A stretch of 64,000 nt of DNA, taken from the NCBI GenBank assembly GCA_031263025.1, contig JAISGO010000016.1, forward strand, positions 28,018-92,017, given 5' to 3'. This stretch comes from Coriobacteriales bacterium (GTDB lineage Bacteria; Actinomycetota; Coriobacteriia; Coriobacteriales; UBA8131). Positions 1 to 8,725 of this stretch are shown here, piece after piece. Positions within the stretch are counted from its first letter, which is position 1. Every line of letters starts with the position of its first letter. The notes below the pieces were generated by a model. It saw nothing but the letters and a program-made list of their open reading frames with translations. It was not told the origin of the DNA and did no database searches. The position numbers and the translations under genes are program-made.

Positions 1-304
1 GGTGCAGGGCGAGCGCCGCCGGCACGTAGCGCACCTCGTCGACGGCGGCACGGGTGGCCTGGGTCAGGCGACGGCGGGTATAGGTGGAAAGTGCCTCCAG
101 GTAGCGCCTCGAGCCCTCGGCGTAGAGCACACCCAGGGCCAGCGAGGATTTGCCTGAGCCGGAGACCCCGGCGACGGCGACCAGCTGGCCGAGGGGGATG
201 TCCAGGTCAAGGTCGCAGAGGTTGTGCACATGGGCGCCGCGTACCTCGATCTGGTCGGGTTTTGGCGGGGTGGGGAGGGGCTTGTTGGCGGGGTGAGGGG
301 GCAT
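1..304 (-). CDS. UvrA-like ABC ATPase, N-terminal 101 codons (rest lies outside window)
   Basis: Minus-strand ATG at 304-302. Own translation [80 protein letters not shown] shows the UvrA N-terminal pattern (GA..HNL, Walker [22 protein letters not shown]). Absent from the ORF track because it is open at the window edge. Confidence 0.8.
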   Translation of the reverse strand, partial: MPPHPANKPLPTPPKPDQIEVRGAHVHNLCDLDLDIPLGQLVAVAGVSGSGKSSLALGVLYAEGSRRYLEALSTYTRRRLTQATRAAVDEVRYVPAALALH

Positions 305-344
305 GGCTAGATTGTAGGACAAAAACCACCGTACCTTTTGTCCC

Positions 345-1190
345 TTATACGCTAAAGGAGACCGGCTGGCTCTGGCTGGCCACGTAGGTGGCGGCGCTGC
401 TGTCAGCGAAAAGCCCGTCTAGGATGTCGGCGACCAGGTGGGGCAAGTTGTTCTCGTGGGAGAGGTGCATTGCACATACTGCTTGTAGCCTGGGGCCAGC
501 CAGCTCCTGCAGTGCCACGCCAAACTGCTCGTTGGAGAGGTGCCCATGCTCGCCGCCCACCCGCTCTTTGAGGGGCGGGGCATAACTGCCGGTGCGCAGC
601 ATCTCAGGGTCGTGGTTGGCCTCGAGCAGAAGGGCGTCGCAGCCGTCCAAGGCTGCGCGGGCGGCGGCAGTGATCAGGCCGGTGTCGGTGCAGTAGCCGA
701 TTCGGCAGCTATTCTGCCCGGCACCAGCATCTGATGTTGGGCTCTCAGGCGCGTTAGTGAAGTCGAAAACAAAACCACAAGGGTTAGCCACGTCGTGCGA
801 GGTGGCGAAGCTTTGCACCTCGAGACCAGGAAAACCGTCGATGCCGAAGCACTCGCCGACTCGGAAACGGCGCAGGTGGTAGACCGTCTTGTCATCGCTA
901 AAGTAGCGCCCGGCGCAGGCCGCCTGGGTGACCACGTCGACGAAAATGTCGGGGTAGATCCCTTGTTTGGACAGGTAGCGCAGGGCCTTGCCAAGGCCGC
1001 CCAGATGGTCGATATGCTCGTGGGTGATCAGGATGGCCTTGAGCTTGGCCAGGTTCGCGCCGACTGCGGCGGCGCGCTCGCGTAGGGTCTTGAGGTTGGT
1101 ACCACAGTCCACCATGAGGGTGGCGGCGGTGGTCTCGATGAGGGTGCAGTTGCCAGCGGAGCCGCTGGCCAGGACGTGGATTTTTGGCAT
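345..1190 (-). CDS. MBL-fold metallo-hydrolase
   Basis: 281 aa. HxHxDH zinc motif in [13 protein letters not shown]; N-terminal [14 protein letters not shown] is typical of YycJ-like MBL hydrolases. Confidence 0.8.
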   Translation of the reverse strand: MPKIHVLASGSAGNCTLIETTAATLMVDCGTNLKTLRERAAAVGANLAKLKAILITHEHIDHLGGLGKALRYLSKQGIYPDIFVDVVTQAACAGRYFSDDKTVYHLRRFRVGECFGIDGFPGLEVQSFATSHDVANPCGFVFDFTNAPESPTSDAGAGQNSCRIGYCTDTGLITAAARAALDGCDALLLEANHDPEMLRTGSYAPPLKERVGGEHGHLSNEQFGVALQELAGPRLQAVCAMHLSHENNLPHLVADILDGLFADSSAATYVASQSQPVSFSV

Positions 1191-1332
1191 ACCGATATGG
1201 TAGCGAAAAGCTGGGCGGATTTAGCCTGGCGTGCCTGTTGGGTTCTTAGGAAAGATAGATAGCCCAAGGTTCAGCTTTGATTCAGAAAAACGCTACAAAT
1301 AGGCAGACTCTGAAGATTTTCCCAACAAATCT

Positions 1333-1341
1333 TGTTATAAT
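1333..1341 (+). promoter_or_regulatory. Candidate extended -10 promoter (TGTTATAAT) for the 1434 gene
   Basis: TGnTATAAT match in the AT-richer intergenic region about 90 nt upstream of ATG 1434. No convincing -35. Confidence 0.3.
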
Positions 1342-1433
1342 GGAAAAGTCATCTGAACGTACCTATCCAGCGGGGGCGTGGGAGTAGGATGACGTGCGCC
1401 GCCGCAACCTCAAGTGACTTAAAGGAGGTCACG

Positions 1434-2243
1434 ATGGAAAAGGTACGCAGTAACGGGCGACGGCTCCTGGCCGTCTTGGTGTCGGTGGCGATGGCCCTGA
1501 CTTTGGTTGGCCTGGGTGGGCTGACAAGCGGCAAGAAGGCCTACGCTTACGGCGCAGCGCCGTCGATCTCGATTAAAGCGAGCACTAGCCATATCTATTC
1601 CGTAGGCGGTAGCGTGAAGGTGAGCTATTCGATCGCAAACTACAATGCAACCGATTATGACGCCGATTATCTCGAAGGAAGTTATTTGGAACTTGGCATC
1701 CTTTCTGGTAGCACCTACTATGAAGCCAACACCTCCAAAGGTTGGCAAGATGAGATGTCGATTTCTAGTGCCAATGGGTCTGTTCAAATCGTGTATCCCT
1801 ATTATGCGATCAAACCGGGCACCTACACTCTGACCCTGAATTTATATTGCACGGATGATATTAACTACACGAGCGGCTACGTTCGTTCCAACCCCATCAC
1901 CGTCAAAGTGAGCAAGGCCCCCACTTCGATCAGCGTGGCCAAGAGCACCAGCGTGAAGAAGAGTGGCAAGTACTACCGGTTGAAGAAGAAGATCACCATC
2001 AAGTATGGTAGTGGCCTGCTTGAGTCAAACGATGGGCACGTGTATGCTTACTACAAGAAGGGCTCGAAGTGGAAGAAGTTCGATTCTGCGTCCTGCTACA
2101 CTTCTTCGAGCAATAAATACAAAGAGACCTATACCCTCTACTTCTACAACGCGACCTCCAAGAAGAAGAACTACAGCTTCAAGATCAAGGTTTCCGGTAA
2201 CAGCTATATCACCGGCAAGACCAAGACCTTCAAGATGAAATAA
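1434..2243 (+). CDS. Secreted Lys/Tyr/Ser-rich protein of unknown function
   Basis: AAGGAGG 5 nt upstream of ATG 1434 (preferred over track start 1389). Signal peptide RRLLAVLVSVAMALTLVGLGGL...AYA. Visibly lower GC and a K-rich C-terminal half compared with neighbours. Confidence 0.7.
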   Translation: MEKVRSNGRRLLAVLVSVAMALTLVGLGGLTSGKKAYAYGAAPSISIKASTSHIYSVGGSVKVSYSIANYNATDYDADYLEGSYLELGILSGSTYYEANTSKGWQDEMSISSANGSVQIVYPYYAIKPGTYTLTLNLYCTDDINYTSGYVRSNPITVKVSKAPTSISVAKSTSVKKSGKYYRLKKKITIKYGSGLLESNDGHVYAYYKKGSKWKKFDSASCYTSSSNKYKETYTLYFYNATSKKKNYSFKIKVSGNSYITGKTKTFKMK

Positions 2244-2275
2244 GCAAGACTGCCGGCAGTTTCCCAGGAGCCGTC

Positions 2276-3139
2276 TTGGCAGACGTAGAGGCCCTTCCCC
2301 CAGACCGACTTGAGGCTTTTACCGCCTTGGTCTGGCGGGAGGGTCTCCGCCTTTACCGCGACCTGCCCTGGCGGCGCACCCGCGAGCCCTACCCGATTCT
2401 GCTTAGCGAGGTGATGCTGCAACAGACCCAGGTGGGGCGGGTGGAGCGCTATTGGCAGCGTTGGTTGGAGCGTTTCCCCAGTCTGGACGCGCTGGCGGCG
2501 GCTAGTTTGGGCGATGCGCTCAAAGCCTGGCAGGGCCTCGGCTACAACCGCCGGGCCAAGGCCCTCTATGAGTTGGCCAAGGTCTGTGCGCGCGACTACG
2601 TCGGTGCGCTACCTGTAGAATACGACCAGCTCCTGGCTCTGCCCGGGGTAGGGCCGGCCACCGCTGCCGGGGTCTGTGTTTTTGCTTACGACAAGCCCTG
2701 CATCTACCTTGAGACCAATGTGCGGGCGGTCTTCCTGCATCATTTCTTCCCGGAGGTAGCGCGGGTGTCCGACCGTGAGCTGATACCCCTGGTAGCGCAA
2801 AGCTGCGACCAAGATGACCCGCGCGGCTGGTACTATGCCCTGCTCGACTACGGCGCCTGGCTAAAGAAGGCCCTGCCCAACCCCTCCCGTCGTTCGCGTA
2901 ACCATCGTCGGCAGAGTCCTTTTGTGGGTTCTCTACGTCAGAAGCGGGCCGAGCTCTTGCGCTTGGTCTTGGCGGAGCCCGGCCAGGGCGGCGACGAGCT
3001 GGTCGAAAGCCTCACGGCTATAGAAGTAGCCGCCGGGCGGCCTGTGCCCGACCCCCAGCTTTGCCTTGACCTTTTGAATGAGCTGGATAAAGAAGGTTTC
3101 CTGCGCAAGTCCGAAAGCCAACGCTGGTTCATCGCCTAA
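2276..3139 (+). CDS. HhH-GPD base-excision DNA glycosylase (MutY/EndoIII-like)
   Basis: LLSEVMLQQTQV..., GLGYNRRAK and the helix-hairpin-helix LPGVGPATA. TTG start with AGGAG 5 nt upstream. No Cys cluster seen, so an Fe-S domain is apparently absent. Confidence 0.75.
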   Translation: MADVEALPPDRLEAFTALVWREGLRLYRDLPWRRTREPYPILLSEVMLQQTQVGRVERYWQRWLERFPSLDALAAASLGDALKAWQGLGYNRRAKALYELAKVCARDYVGALPVEYDQLLALPGVGPATAAGVCVFAYDKPCIYLETNVRAVFLHHFFPEVARVSDRELIPLVAQSCDQDDPRGWYYALLDYGAWLKKALPNPSRRSRNHRRQSPFVGSLRQKRAELLRLVLAEPGQGGDELVESLTAIEVAAGRPVPDPQLCLDLLNELDKEGFLRKSESQRWFIA

Positions 3140-3160
3140 GACAAGGCTACCATACTTAAG

Positions 3161-4336
3161 ATGGAGAAACTCCTTAAAGCAGACGCCGGCATCCCGGGCT
3201 GGTTGATCGCGGTCTTCGCGGTGGTGGCGGGGGTCTCGGTGGCCAACATCTACTATATCCAGCCCCTGCTCAATCTCGTCAAACTCGAGCTCGGCTTAAA
3301 TGACTTCCAGGTCTCACTGATCTCCCTCTGCAACCAGGGCGGCTATGCCATCGGGCTTTTCCTGATCATCCCCCTGGGCGACCTCCTGCAGCGCAAGGGC
3401 ATCATCTTAGTCAACCTCGGGATTGCTGTAGCGGCGGCTCTGGCGATCTCTTTTGCCCAAAGCGTTGCCCTGGTGGCTTTGGCTTGCCTGGTGCTGGGCG
3501 CCTGTTCGGTCACACCCCAACTGCTGATTCCACTGGCCGCCCAGTGCTCTAGGCCGCCGGATAAGGCCAAGAACATGGGCATCGTCTTGACTGGCCTTTT
3601 GACCGGTATCATCGGCTCGCGGGTGCTCTCTGGGGTTTTCGGCCAGGTCTTGGGTTGGCGTCACGTCTATCTGATAGTATCAGCTTTGATGTTGGCCTGT
3701 GTGCTCTTGATCGCTTTGACCTTGCCCCGAGTGGAAAGGGGTTTTGCCGGCGGCTACCGTCAGCTGATGGCCTCGCTTTTCGCTCTGCCCCGGCGTTTCC
3801 CCATCCTGGTCTCCCATGCCCTGCGCTATGCTTTCTGCTTTGGCTCCCTGCTCGCGATGTGGACCAGCCTGACCTTTAAGCTGGGCGGTGCGCCTTTTTA
3901 CGCCCCGGCGGGCATCATCGGCCTGCTTGGCCTCTGTGGCGTGGCCGGGGCCCTTACCTCCTCGGTGATCGGGCGCTGGGTGCAACGCCTGGGCCAGCGC
4001 CGTTTTAACCTCATCGGCGTCATCTTGATCATGTCCGCCTGGCTCTGTTTGCTGCTCGGTCAAGATGGCTACTCCGGCATCATCGCGGGCATCGTCTTGA
4101 TTGACGTGGGCATGCAGTTCATCCAACTGGGCAACCAGACCGCTGCTTTCGCCCTGGCTCCCGACGCGGTCAACCGGGTCAATACCATCTACATGACGAT
4201 CGGCTTTATCGGCGGGGCTTTGGGCACTTTCTGCTCCGGCGCGGCCTGGCATCTGATTGGCTGGGACGGGGTGGTGCTGGTCGGGCTCATCCTGGCCTGG
4301 GTGGCGCTCATCCTAACCCTCGCCTCGCGCAAGTAG
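3161..4336 (+). CDS. MFS transporter (12-TM type)
   Basis: 391 aa, hydrophobic throughout, with an MFS loop motif PLGDLLQRKGII between TM2 and TM3. Confidence 0.8.
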   Translation: MEKLLKADAGIPGWLIAVFAVVAGVSVANIYYIQPLLNLVKLELGLNDFQVSLISLCNQGGYAIGLFLIIPLGDLLQRKGIILVNLGIAVAAALAISFAQSVALVALACLVLGACSVTPQLLIPLAAQCSRPPDKAKNMGIVLTGLLTGIIGSRVLSGVFGQVLGWRHVYLIVSALMLACVLLIALTLPRVERGFAGGYRQLMASLFALPRRFPILVSHALRYAFCFGSLLAMWTSLTFKLGGAPFYAPAGIIGLLGLCGVAGALTSSVIGRWVQRLGQRRFNLIGVILIMSAWLCLLLGQDGYSGIIAGIVLIDVGMQFIQLGNQTAAFALAPDAVNRVNTIYMTIGFIGGALGTFCSGAAWHLIGWDGVVLVGLILAWVALILTLASRK

Positions 4337-4436
4337 GGTTGGGCGAAAGCCGCCACTTTCTGCCTTAAACCGAATAGAGGTTGAGCCACCTGCTCAGACA
4401 GGTTTCGTCGCATCGCCAAAGGGTCGATGAACGCAG

Positions 4437-4519
4437 GGGTCGCCTGCTCAGACAGGCTTTGCCGCATAAACCGCCGGACTTCCGCTGATCTTTGCGCGGC
4501 TGCAGAATTCGCATTCGAC
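4437..4519. repeat. ~82-bp dispersed repeat, copy L, enclosed by a 17-bp stem (4422-4438 / 4521-4537)
   Basis: GGGTCGCCTGCTCAGACAGGCTTTGCCGCATAAACCGCCGGACTTCCGCTGATCTTTGCGCGGCTGCAGAATTCGCATTCGAC reappears as a reverse complement at 6177-6258 with a few mismatches. A partial copy (CCTGCTCAGACAGG...) lies at 4389-4410. Confidence 0.7.
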
Positions 4520-4554
4520 TCCCTGCGTTCATCGACCTGTGCCAAACGGTGATG

Positions 4555-4563
4555 TGTTATCAT
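4555..4563 (+). promoter_or_regulatory. Candidate extended -10 promoter (TGTTATCAT) placing a TSS at or next to ATG 4572
   Basis: TGn + TATCAT; 8 nt separate the hexamer from ATG 4572, and no SD lies in between (leaderless geometry). Confidence 0.3.
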
Positions 4564-4571
4564 CGTTGGCG

Positions 4572-4619
4572 ATGAGTGATTTCGTCCATATCTCTGTTTG
4601 GCAAAACTGGCGCGTCTAG
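4572..4619 (+). CDS. Candidate 15-codon trp leader peptide MSDFVHISVWQNWRV
   Basis: Own translation, below the 60-aa cutoff of the track. Two Trp codons (4599, 4608) fall in the last six sense codons. The stop overlaps segment 2 of the alternative hairpins. Lies upstream of trpB2. Confidence 0.35.
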   Translation: MSDFVHISVWQNWRV

Positions 4620-4636
4620 CGCCACTACTCATCCCT

Positions 4637-4668
4637 GGCGCCTTTCGGCGCCCTTTCCCTCTTTTCCC
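4637..4668 (+). terminator. Candidate attenuator terminator (GGCGCC-TTTC-GGCGCC followed by CTTTCCCTCTTTTCCC)
   Basis: 6-bp all-GC stem, 4-nt loop and an interrupted T-tract, 80 nt upstream of trpB2. Competing pairings are described in the findings. Confidence 0.4.
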
Positions 4669-4747
4669 ATAGACCTATAAAACCCCTGCAGATACGGCAC
4701 ACCTCTCGTCTCTGTGCCTGTTCTGCGGCTTAGACAATAAGGAGCAG

Positions 4748-6154
4748 ATGATGACTGTCCCCTATAAGTATTACCTCAAGGAAAACGAACTGCCCGAGGC
4801 CTACCTCAACCTACGCGCCTTCATGCGCGAGGCCAGCATTGACCACGACCCGCTGCTTAACCCCGGCAGCGGGCAGCCGGTGGAGCTGGCCGACCTGGAA
4901 CCGGTCTTCTGTAGCGAGCTGGCCCGTCAAGAGCTGGACAACGTTAATCAATATATTGACATTCCCGGTGCGGTGCTCGACTTCTACCGGATGTGTCGGC
5001 CCTCGCCCCTGATCCGGGCTTACTATCTGGAGCGGGTGCTGGGCACCCCGGCCAAGATCTACTACAAGTACGAGGGCAACAATACCTCTGGTTCGCACAA
5101 GCTCAACTCGGCCATTGCCCAGGCCTACTATGCCAAGGCCCAGGGGCTTAAAGGGGTCACCACCGAGACCGGGGCCGGCCAGTGGGGTACCGCTCTGGCC
5201 ATGGCTGGGGCTTTCTTCGACCTAGGCGTGGAGGTCTACATGGTGGGTGCCTCCTATCGCCAGAAACCCTACCGCAAGGCGGTGATGGAGACCTATGGGG
5301 CGAGCATCGTGGCCTCGCCCAGCGACAGCACCCAGGTCGGGCGCAAGATGCTGGCCGACGGGGTGAGCCTGGACGGTTCGCTGGGTTGCGCCATCAGCGA
5401 GGCGATTGAGGTCGCCCTGGCCAGCGGTGGCTCCAAGCGCTACGTGCTGGGCAGCGTGCTCAACCAGGTCCTGCTGCACCAGTCCATCATCGGCCTGGAG
5501 GCCAAGGCCGCTCTGGATGACCTGGGCGAATACCCCGACGTGGTGATCGGCTGCGCTGGCGGCGGCTCCAACCTGGGTGGCATCATCAGCGCTTACATGG
5601 TCGACCGTTTGCAGGGTCAGGCCACCGGCCCGGCGGCGGCTGGACATCAGCCGCCGCGTTTTATCGCGGTGGAGCCGGCCTCTTGTCCGAGCCTGACCCG
5701 GGGGCGCTATGCCTACGACTTCTGCGACACCGGCTGTGTCACCCCGCTGGCTCGGATGTACACCCTGGGCCATGACTTCATGCCCAGCCCCAATCACGCC
5801 GGCGGCCTGCGCTTCCACGGGATGAGCCCGATCCTCTCCAAGCTCTACCACGAGGGTTATCTGGACGAGGCGAGGGCGGTGGAGCAGACTGCGGTCTTTG
5901 AGGCTGCTGAAGCCTTCGCCCGTGCCGAGGGCACCCTACCGGCTCCGGAGAGCTCACATGCCATCAAAGTGGCCATCGATGAGGCTCTGGCCTGCAAGGA
6001 GTCGGGTGAGGCCAAGACCATCCTGTTCAATCTGACCGGCAACGGTTACTTCGACCTGGCTGCCTACGCCGCCTACAACGAGGGCGGCATGGGCGACTAT
6101 ATCCCGACCGAGGCGGATTTGGAGAGGAGTTTCCAGACTATCCCGCAGGTCTAG
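4748..6154 (+). CDS. trpB2: TrpB2-type tryptophan synthase beta-like PLP enzyme
   Basis: 468 aa. YYKYEGNNTSGSHKLNSA (PLP lysine region), TETGAGQWGTALA and GCAGGGSNLGG are typical of the long stand-alone TrpB2 subfamily. AAGGAG SD 5 nt upstream. Confidence 0.85.
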   Translation: MMTVPYKYYLKENELPEAYLNLRAFMREASIDHDPLLNPGSGQPVELADLEPVFCSELARQELDNVNQYIDIPGAVLDFYRMCRPSPLIRAYYLERVLGTPAKIYYKYEGNNTSGSHKLNSAIAQAYYAKAQGLKGVTTETGAGQWGTALAMAGAFFDLGVEVYMVGASYRQKPYRKAVMETYGASIVASPSDSTQVGRKMLADGVSLDGSLGCAISEAIEVALASGGSKRYVLGSVLNQVLLHQSIIGLEAKAALDDLGEYPDVVIGCAGGGSNLGGIISAYMVDRLQGQATGPAAAGHQPPRFIAVEPASCPSLTRGRYAYDFCDTGCVTPLARMYTLGHDFMPSPNHAGGLRFHGMSPILSKLYHEGYLDEARAVEQTAVFEAAEAFARAEGTLPAPESSHAIKVAIDEALACKESGEAKTILFNLTGNGYFDLAAYAAYNEGGMGDYIPTEADLERSFQTIPQV

Positions 6155-6176
6155 CGGAGGGCCGAACGGGTGGTGG

Positions 6177-6258
6177 GTCGAATGCGAGTTCTGCAGCCGC
6201 GCAGTGATTAGCGGAAGTCCGAGGCTTCTGCGGCGAAGTCTGTCTGAGCAGGCGACCC
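6177..6258. repeat. ~82-bp dispersed repeat, copy R (inverted), enclosed by a perfect 19-bp stem (6162-6180 / 6253-6271)
   Basis: Reverse complement of the 4437-4519 element. A further partial copy (GCCTGTCTGAGCAGGCGACCCC) lies at 6329-6350. Confidence 0.7.
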
Positions 6259-6368
6259 ACCACCCGTTCGGCTTGTGTTCCGCCGCCACACATGAGGTTG
6301 CCTTAAGCCATACCCCTTATTTGGAGAAGCCTGTCTGAGCAGGCGACCCCTGTGCCTATAGGCCGGTG

Positions 6369-7103
6369 TCAGATCAGGCCCAGGGCTGCGGGGTAGACCA
6401 CCAGCAGGGTTCCGCTGGCGACCTCGATGATGGCAGGCTGTCCGATCAGCTGGTTACTCACTGCGAGGGAATAGCCGCAGTTCAAGGTGGCCCCATCGAG
6501 TTCGTATTTGAGCCCCTTGATGGATACGCCTTGGGCCGGCCCACCATAGGCGAAGACCGAGACGATGCCCTCGGTAGCGGCCGGAAGCGACAAACTGTCG
6601 TTATGGATGGCGGTGACGATCTGATCATCGGCCACAAGCCAGCCCCGGTCGCCGGCTTCGGCCAGGCTAGCCAAACAGCCCAGGTTGGCTATGGTGTGGT
6701 CGAGGCGCCCGCCGCTTCCGCCGTAGATGCAGAAGCGCCGATAGCCCCGGGCCTGGCCTTGGCGCAGGGCGGCCTTGGTGTCGGTCTGGTCCTTCTCGAC
6801 GGGTAGTTGGACGAGCGGCAAGTCCGCAGGCAGATCCTCCGCGCCTTGCTCAAACTCTGTGAGAGAGTCAAGGTCGCCAACCAGTAGGTCGGCGGAACGC
6901 CCCAGCGTTTGCAGATAGGCCCAGCCGCCGTCGACCGCGATGGTCAGGTCGTCCGGCCCGGGTAGGGGCGGGCTGGCATAGTGGACGCCGGCGCAGACCA
7001 GATAGCAGGTGCCGCTGGGGGCGGCTAAAGAGCGGGCACCGGCCGCCCCCTCTGTTCCAGATTGGCGTCCGGCGTGATGGGGAGCGCTTGCCTCTGGGCT
7101 CAT
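6369..7103 (-). CDS. thiN: Thiamine pyrophosphokinase
   Basis: DLLVGDLDS (GDxDS motif) and GGSGGRLDHTIANL are typical of TPK. The start overlaps the stop of the upstream MFS gene (ATGA at 7100-7103). Confidence 0.8.
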   Translation of the reverse strand: MSPEASAPHHAGRQSGTEGAAGARSLAAPSGTCYLVCAGVHYASPPLPGPDDLTIAVDGGWAYLQTLGRSADLLVGDLDSLTEFEQGAEDLPADLPLVQLPVEKDQTDTKAALRQGQARGYRRFCIYGGSGGRLDHTIANLGCLASLAEAGDRGWLVADDQIVTAIHNDSLSLPAATEGIVSVFAYGGPAQGVSIKGLKYELDGATLNCGYSLAVSNQLIGQPAIIEVASGTLLVVYPAALGLI

Positions 7104-8554
7104 TTTGCGCCTTTTCCGCCGCCAGGTGGCGTGCCTGTGGGAGTAGCCGGCGTGGAACGGCGTTGCATCGACAAGATGATAGTGCAGACGCTGAGTGCGC
7201 CGAAGATGATGAAGCTGATCCGGGTGGCGCCGACCAGCTGCGCGGGACTGGCCGAGGCGAAACTCTCCTGGCCCAGGGCGAGCGAGGAGACCAGGGTGAT
7301 GATGGCCAGGCTAGCGGACTGGCCGACCGCGCGCATGCTGTTGAGGGTGGAGGAGGCCACGCCGTTGTCGGCGGGGGCGACGTTGCTGAGGACGGCGGCG
7401 TTGTTGGGGCTGGCGAAGACACCGACCCCGAACCCCATCAAGACGAGTCCCACGATCAGCAGCCAGAGCGGGGTGGTCTCCCCGATGAAGCAGAAGAGCA
7501 GGATGGAGAGGGCGCAGATGACCATGCCTGCGGTGGCCAGGAGGTAGGGTGAGCGCCGCTCGGTCAGATGCCCGACGAAGGGCGAGACCAGGGCCATACA
7601 GATGGGCTGGGCAATCAGGATGAGGCCGGCCAGGCTGGTGGGGAAGCCCTGTACTACCTGGAGGTAGTTGCTCATCAGGTAGGTGAGGCCGAAGGTGGCG
7701 CCGTAGTTGAGCAGGGTGGCAAAATTGGAACAGGCGTAGTTCTTATTGTGCAGGAAGAGGTCGATCTTGAGCACCGGGCTTTGGCTATGCAGCTCGACCA
7801 GGACGAAGGCGACGAGGATGAGCAGAGCGACCACCAGTAAGAGCTTGCAGTACCAGGCCTGGGTGAAGGTGGAAAAGGCGATCATCAGCAGGGCGATGCC
7901 CACGACCAAGAGGAGCGAGCCGAGGGGGTCGAAGCGGCCCAGGCCATGGACGTTCGCACTGGCGTCTGGGCCAGGGGCCTGTTCTTGGTTATGTCGGGGC
8001 ACCACGACGAGGGCGAGCAGGAAAAAGGCAGCCTCGCAGACCGCGCAGAGGATGAAGATGGAGGTCCAGCCCAGGGCGCCGGTGAGCAAGCCGCCGAAGA
8101 CCGGCCCCGAGGCCAGCCCCAGGTAGACGCCGGTCACCATGTAGCCGAGGGCGCGGCCCATCTGCTCGCGGGGGTAGGCGGCGAGCAGGATGGGGGTGTT
8201 GGAGGAGAAGACCAGGGCGGCCGAGACGCCGCTGAGCACGCGGCAGGCCAAAAGAACCGCTGCAGACCAGGCGAAGACCGTGGCCAGTGAGGTGACGGCG
8301 AAGGCGGCCAGGCCGGCCAGGTAGACCACCCGTCGGTTGGTCAGGTCGGAGATGCGGCCGAAGGGCACGCAGAGGGCGGCCATGGCCAAGAGGAAGGCGC
8401 TCACCACCCAGCCGGCGTCGGTCGCGGTCATGGAGAACTCCGCCGACATCGCCGGGATGGCCAGGTTGACCGAGTTGGTCATGAAGGAGTTCATGAAAGA
8501 GCTGGCGCAGATCAAAAAGAGGATGGCGCGGCGTTTGGCAGGGGAGGTGGGCAT
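7100..8554 (-). CDS. MFS transporter, 14-TM DHA2 (EmrB/QacA-like) type
   Basis: 484 aa, about 14 hydrophobic segments, motif A-like FGRISDLTNRRVVY. Confidence 0.8.
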   Translation of the reverse strand: MPTSPAKRRAILFLICASSFMNSFMTNSVNLAIPAMSAEFSMTATDAGWVVSAFLLAMAALCVPFGRISDLTNRRVVYLAGLAAFAVTSLATVFAWSAAVLLACRVLSGVSAALVFSSNTPILLAAYPREQMGRALGYMVTGVYLGLASGPVFGGLLTGALGWTSIFILCAVCEAAFFLLALVVVPRHNQEQAPGPDASANVHGLGRFDPLGSLLLVVGIALLMIAFSTFTQAWYCKLLLVVALLILVAFVLVELHSQSPVLKIDLFLHNKNYACSNFATLLNYGATFGLTYLMSNYLQVVQGFPTSLAGLILIAQPICMALVSPFVGHLTERRSPYLLATAGMVICALSILLFCFIGETTPLWLLIVGLVLMGFGVGVFASPNNAAVLSNVAPADNGVASSTLNSMRAVGQSASLAIITLVSSLALGQESFASASPAQLVGATRISFIIFGALSVCTIILSMQRRSTPATPTGTPPGGGKGAK

Positions 8555-8611
8555 GGTTTTTATTGTAGTGAGTCTTAGGCGGGAGCGATTGTTCCTTCCC
8601 TGCTAAAGAAG

Positions 8612-8639
8612 AGAGGCCGGGGCGTGAGCCCCGGCCTCT
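8612..8639 (-). terminator. Intrinsic terminator downstream of the 8726-9367 gene
   Basis: 12-bp GC-rich stem AGAGGCCGGGGC/GCCCCGGCCTCT with a GTGA loop, followed on the minus strand by CTTCTTTAGC. A second long hairpin lies at 8654-8691. Confidence 0.6.
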
Positions 8640-8725
8640 TGGGAGGATGCCCCTCCTCGTCATTGCCCGGTTTATCCGGGTAATGACGAGGGCAGGACAA
8701 TCAACACCGTCCCCGTTGCCATGCC

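Noticed and set aside
4189-4632. 147-aa minus-strand ORF covering the 4337-4632 intergenic region
   Set aside because: It overlaps the 3' end of the MFS gene and runs through the dispersed repeat and hairpins. It has no SD and a translation of random-looking composition. The region is better explained by repeats plus the trp leader.
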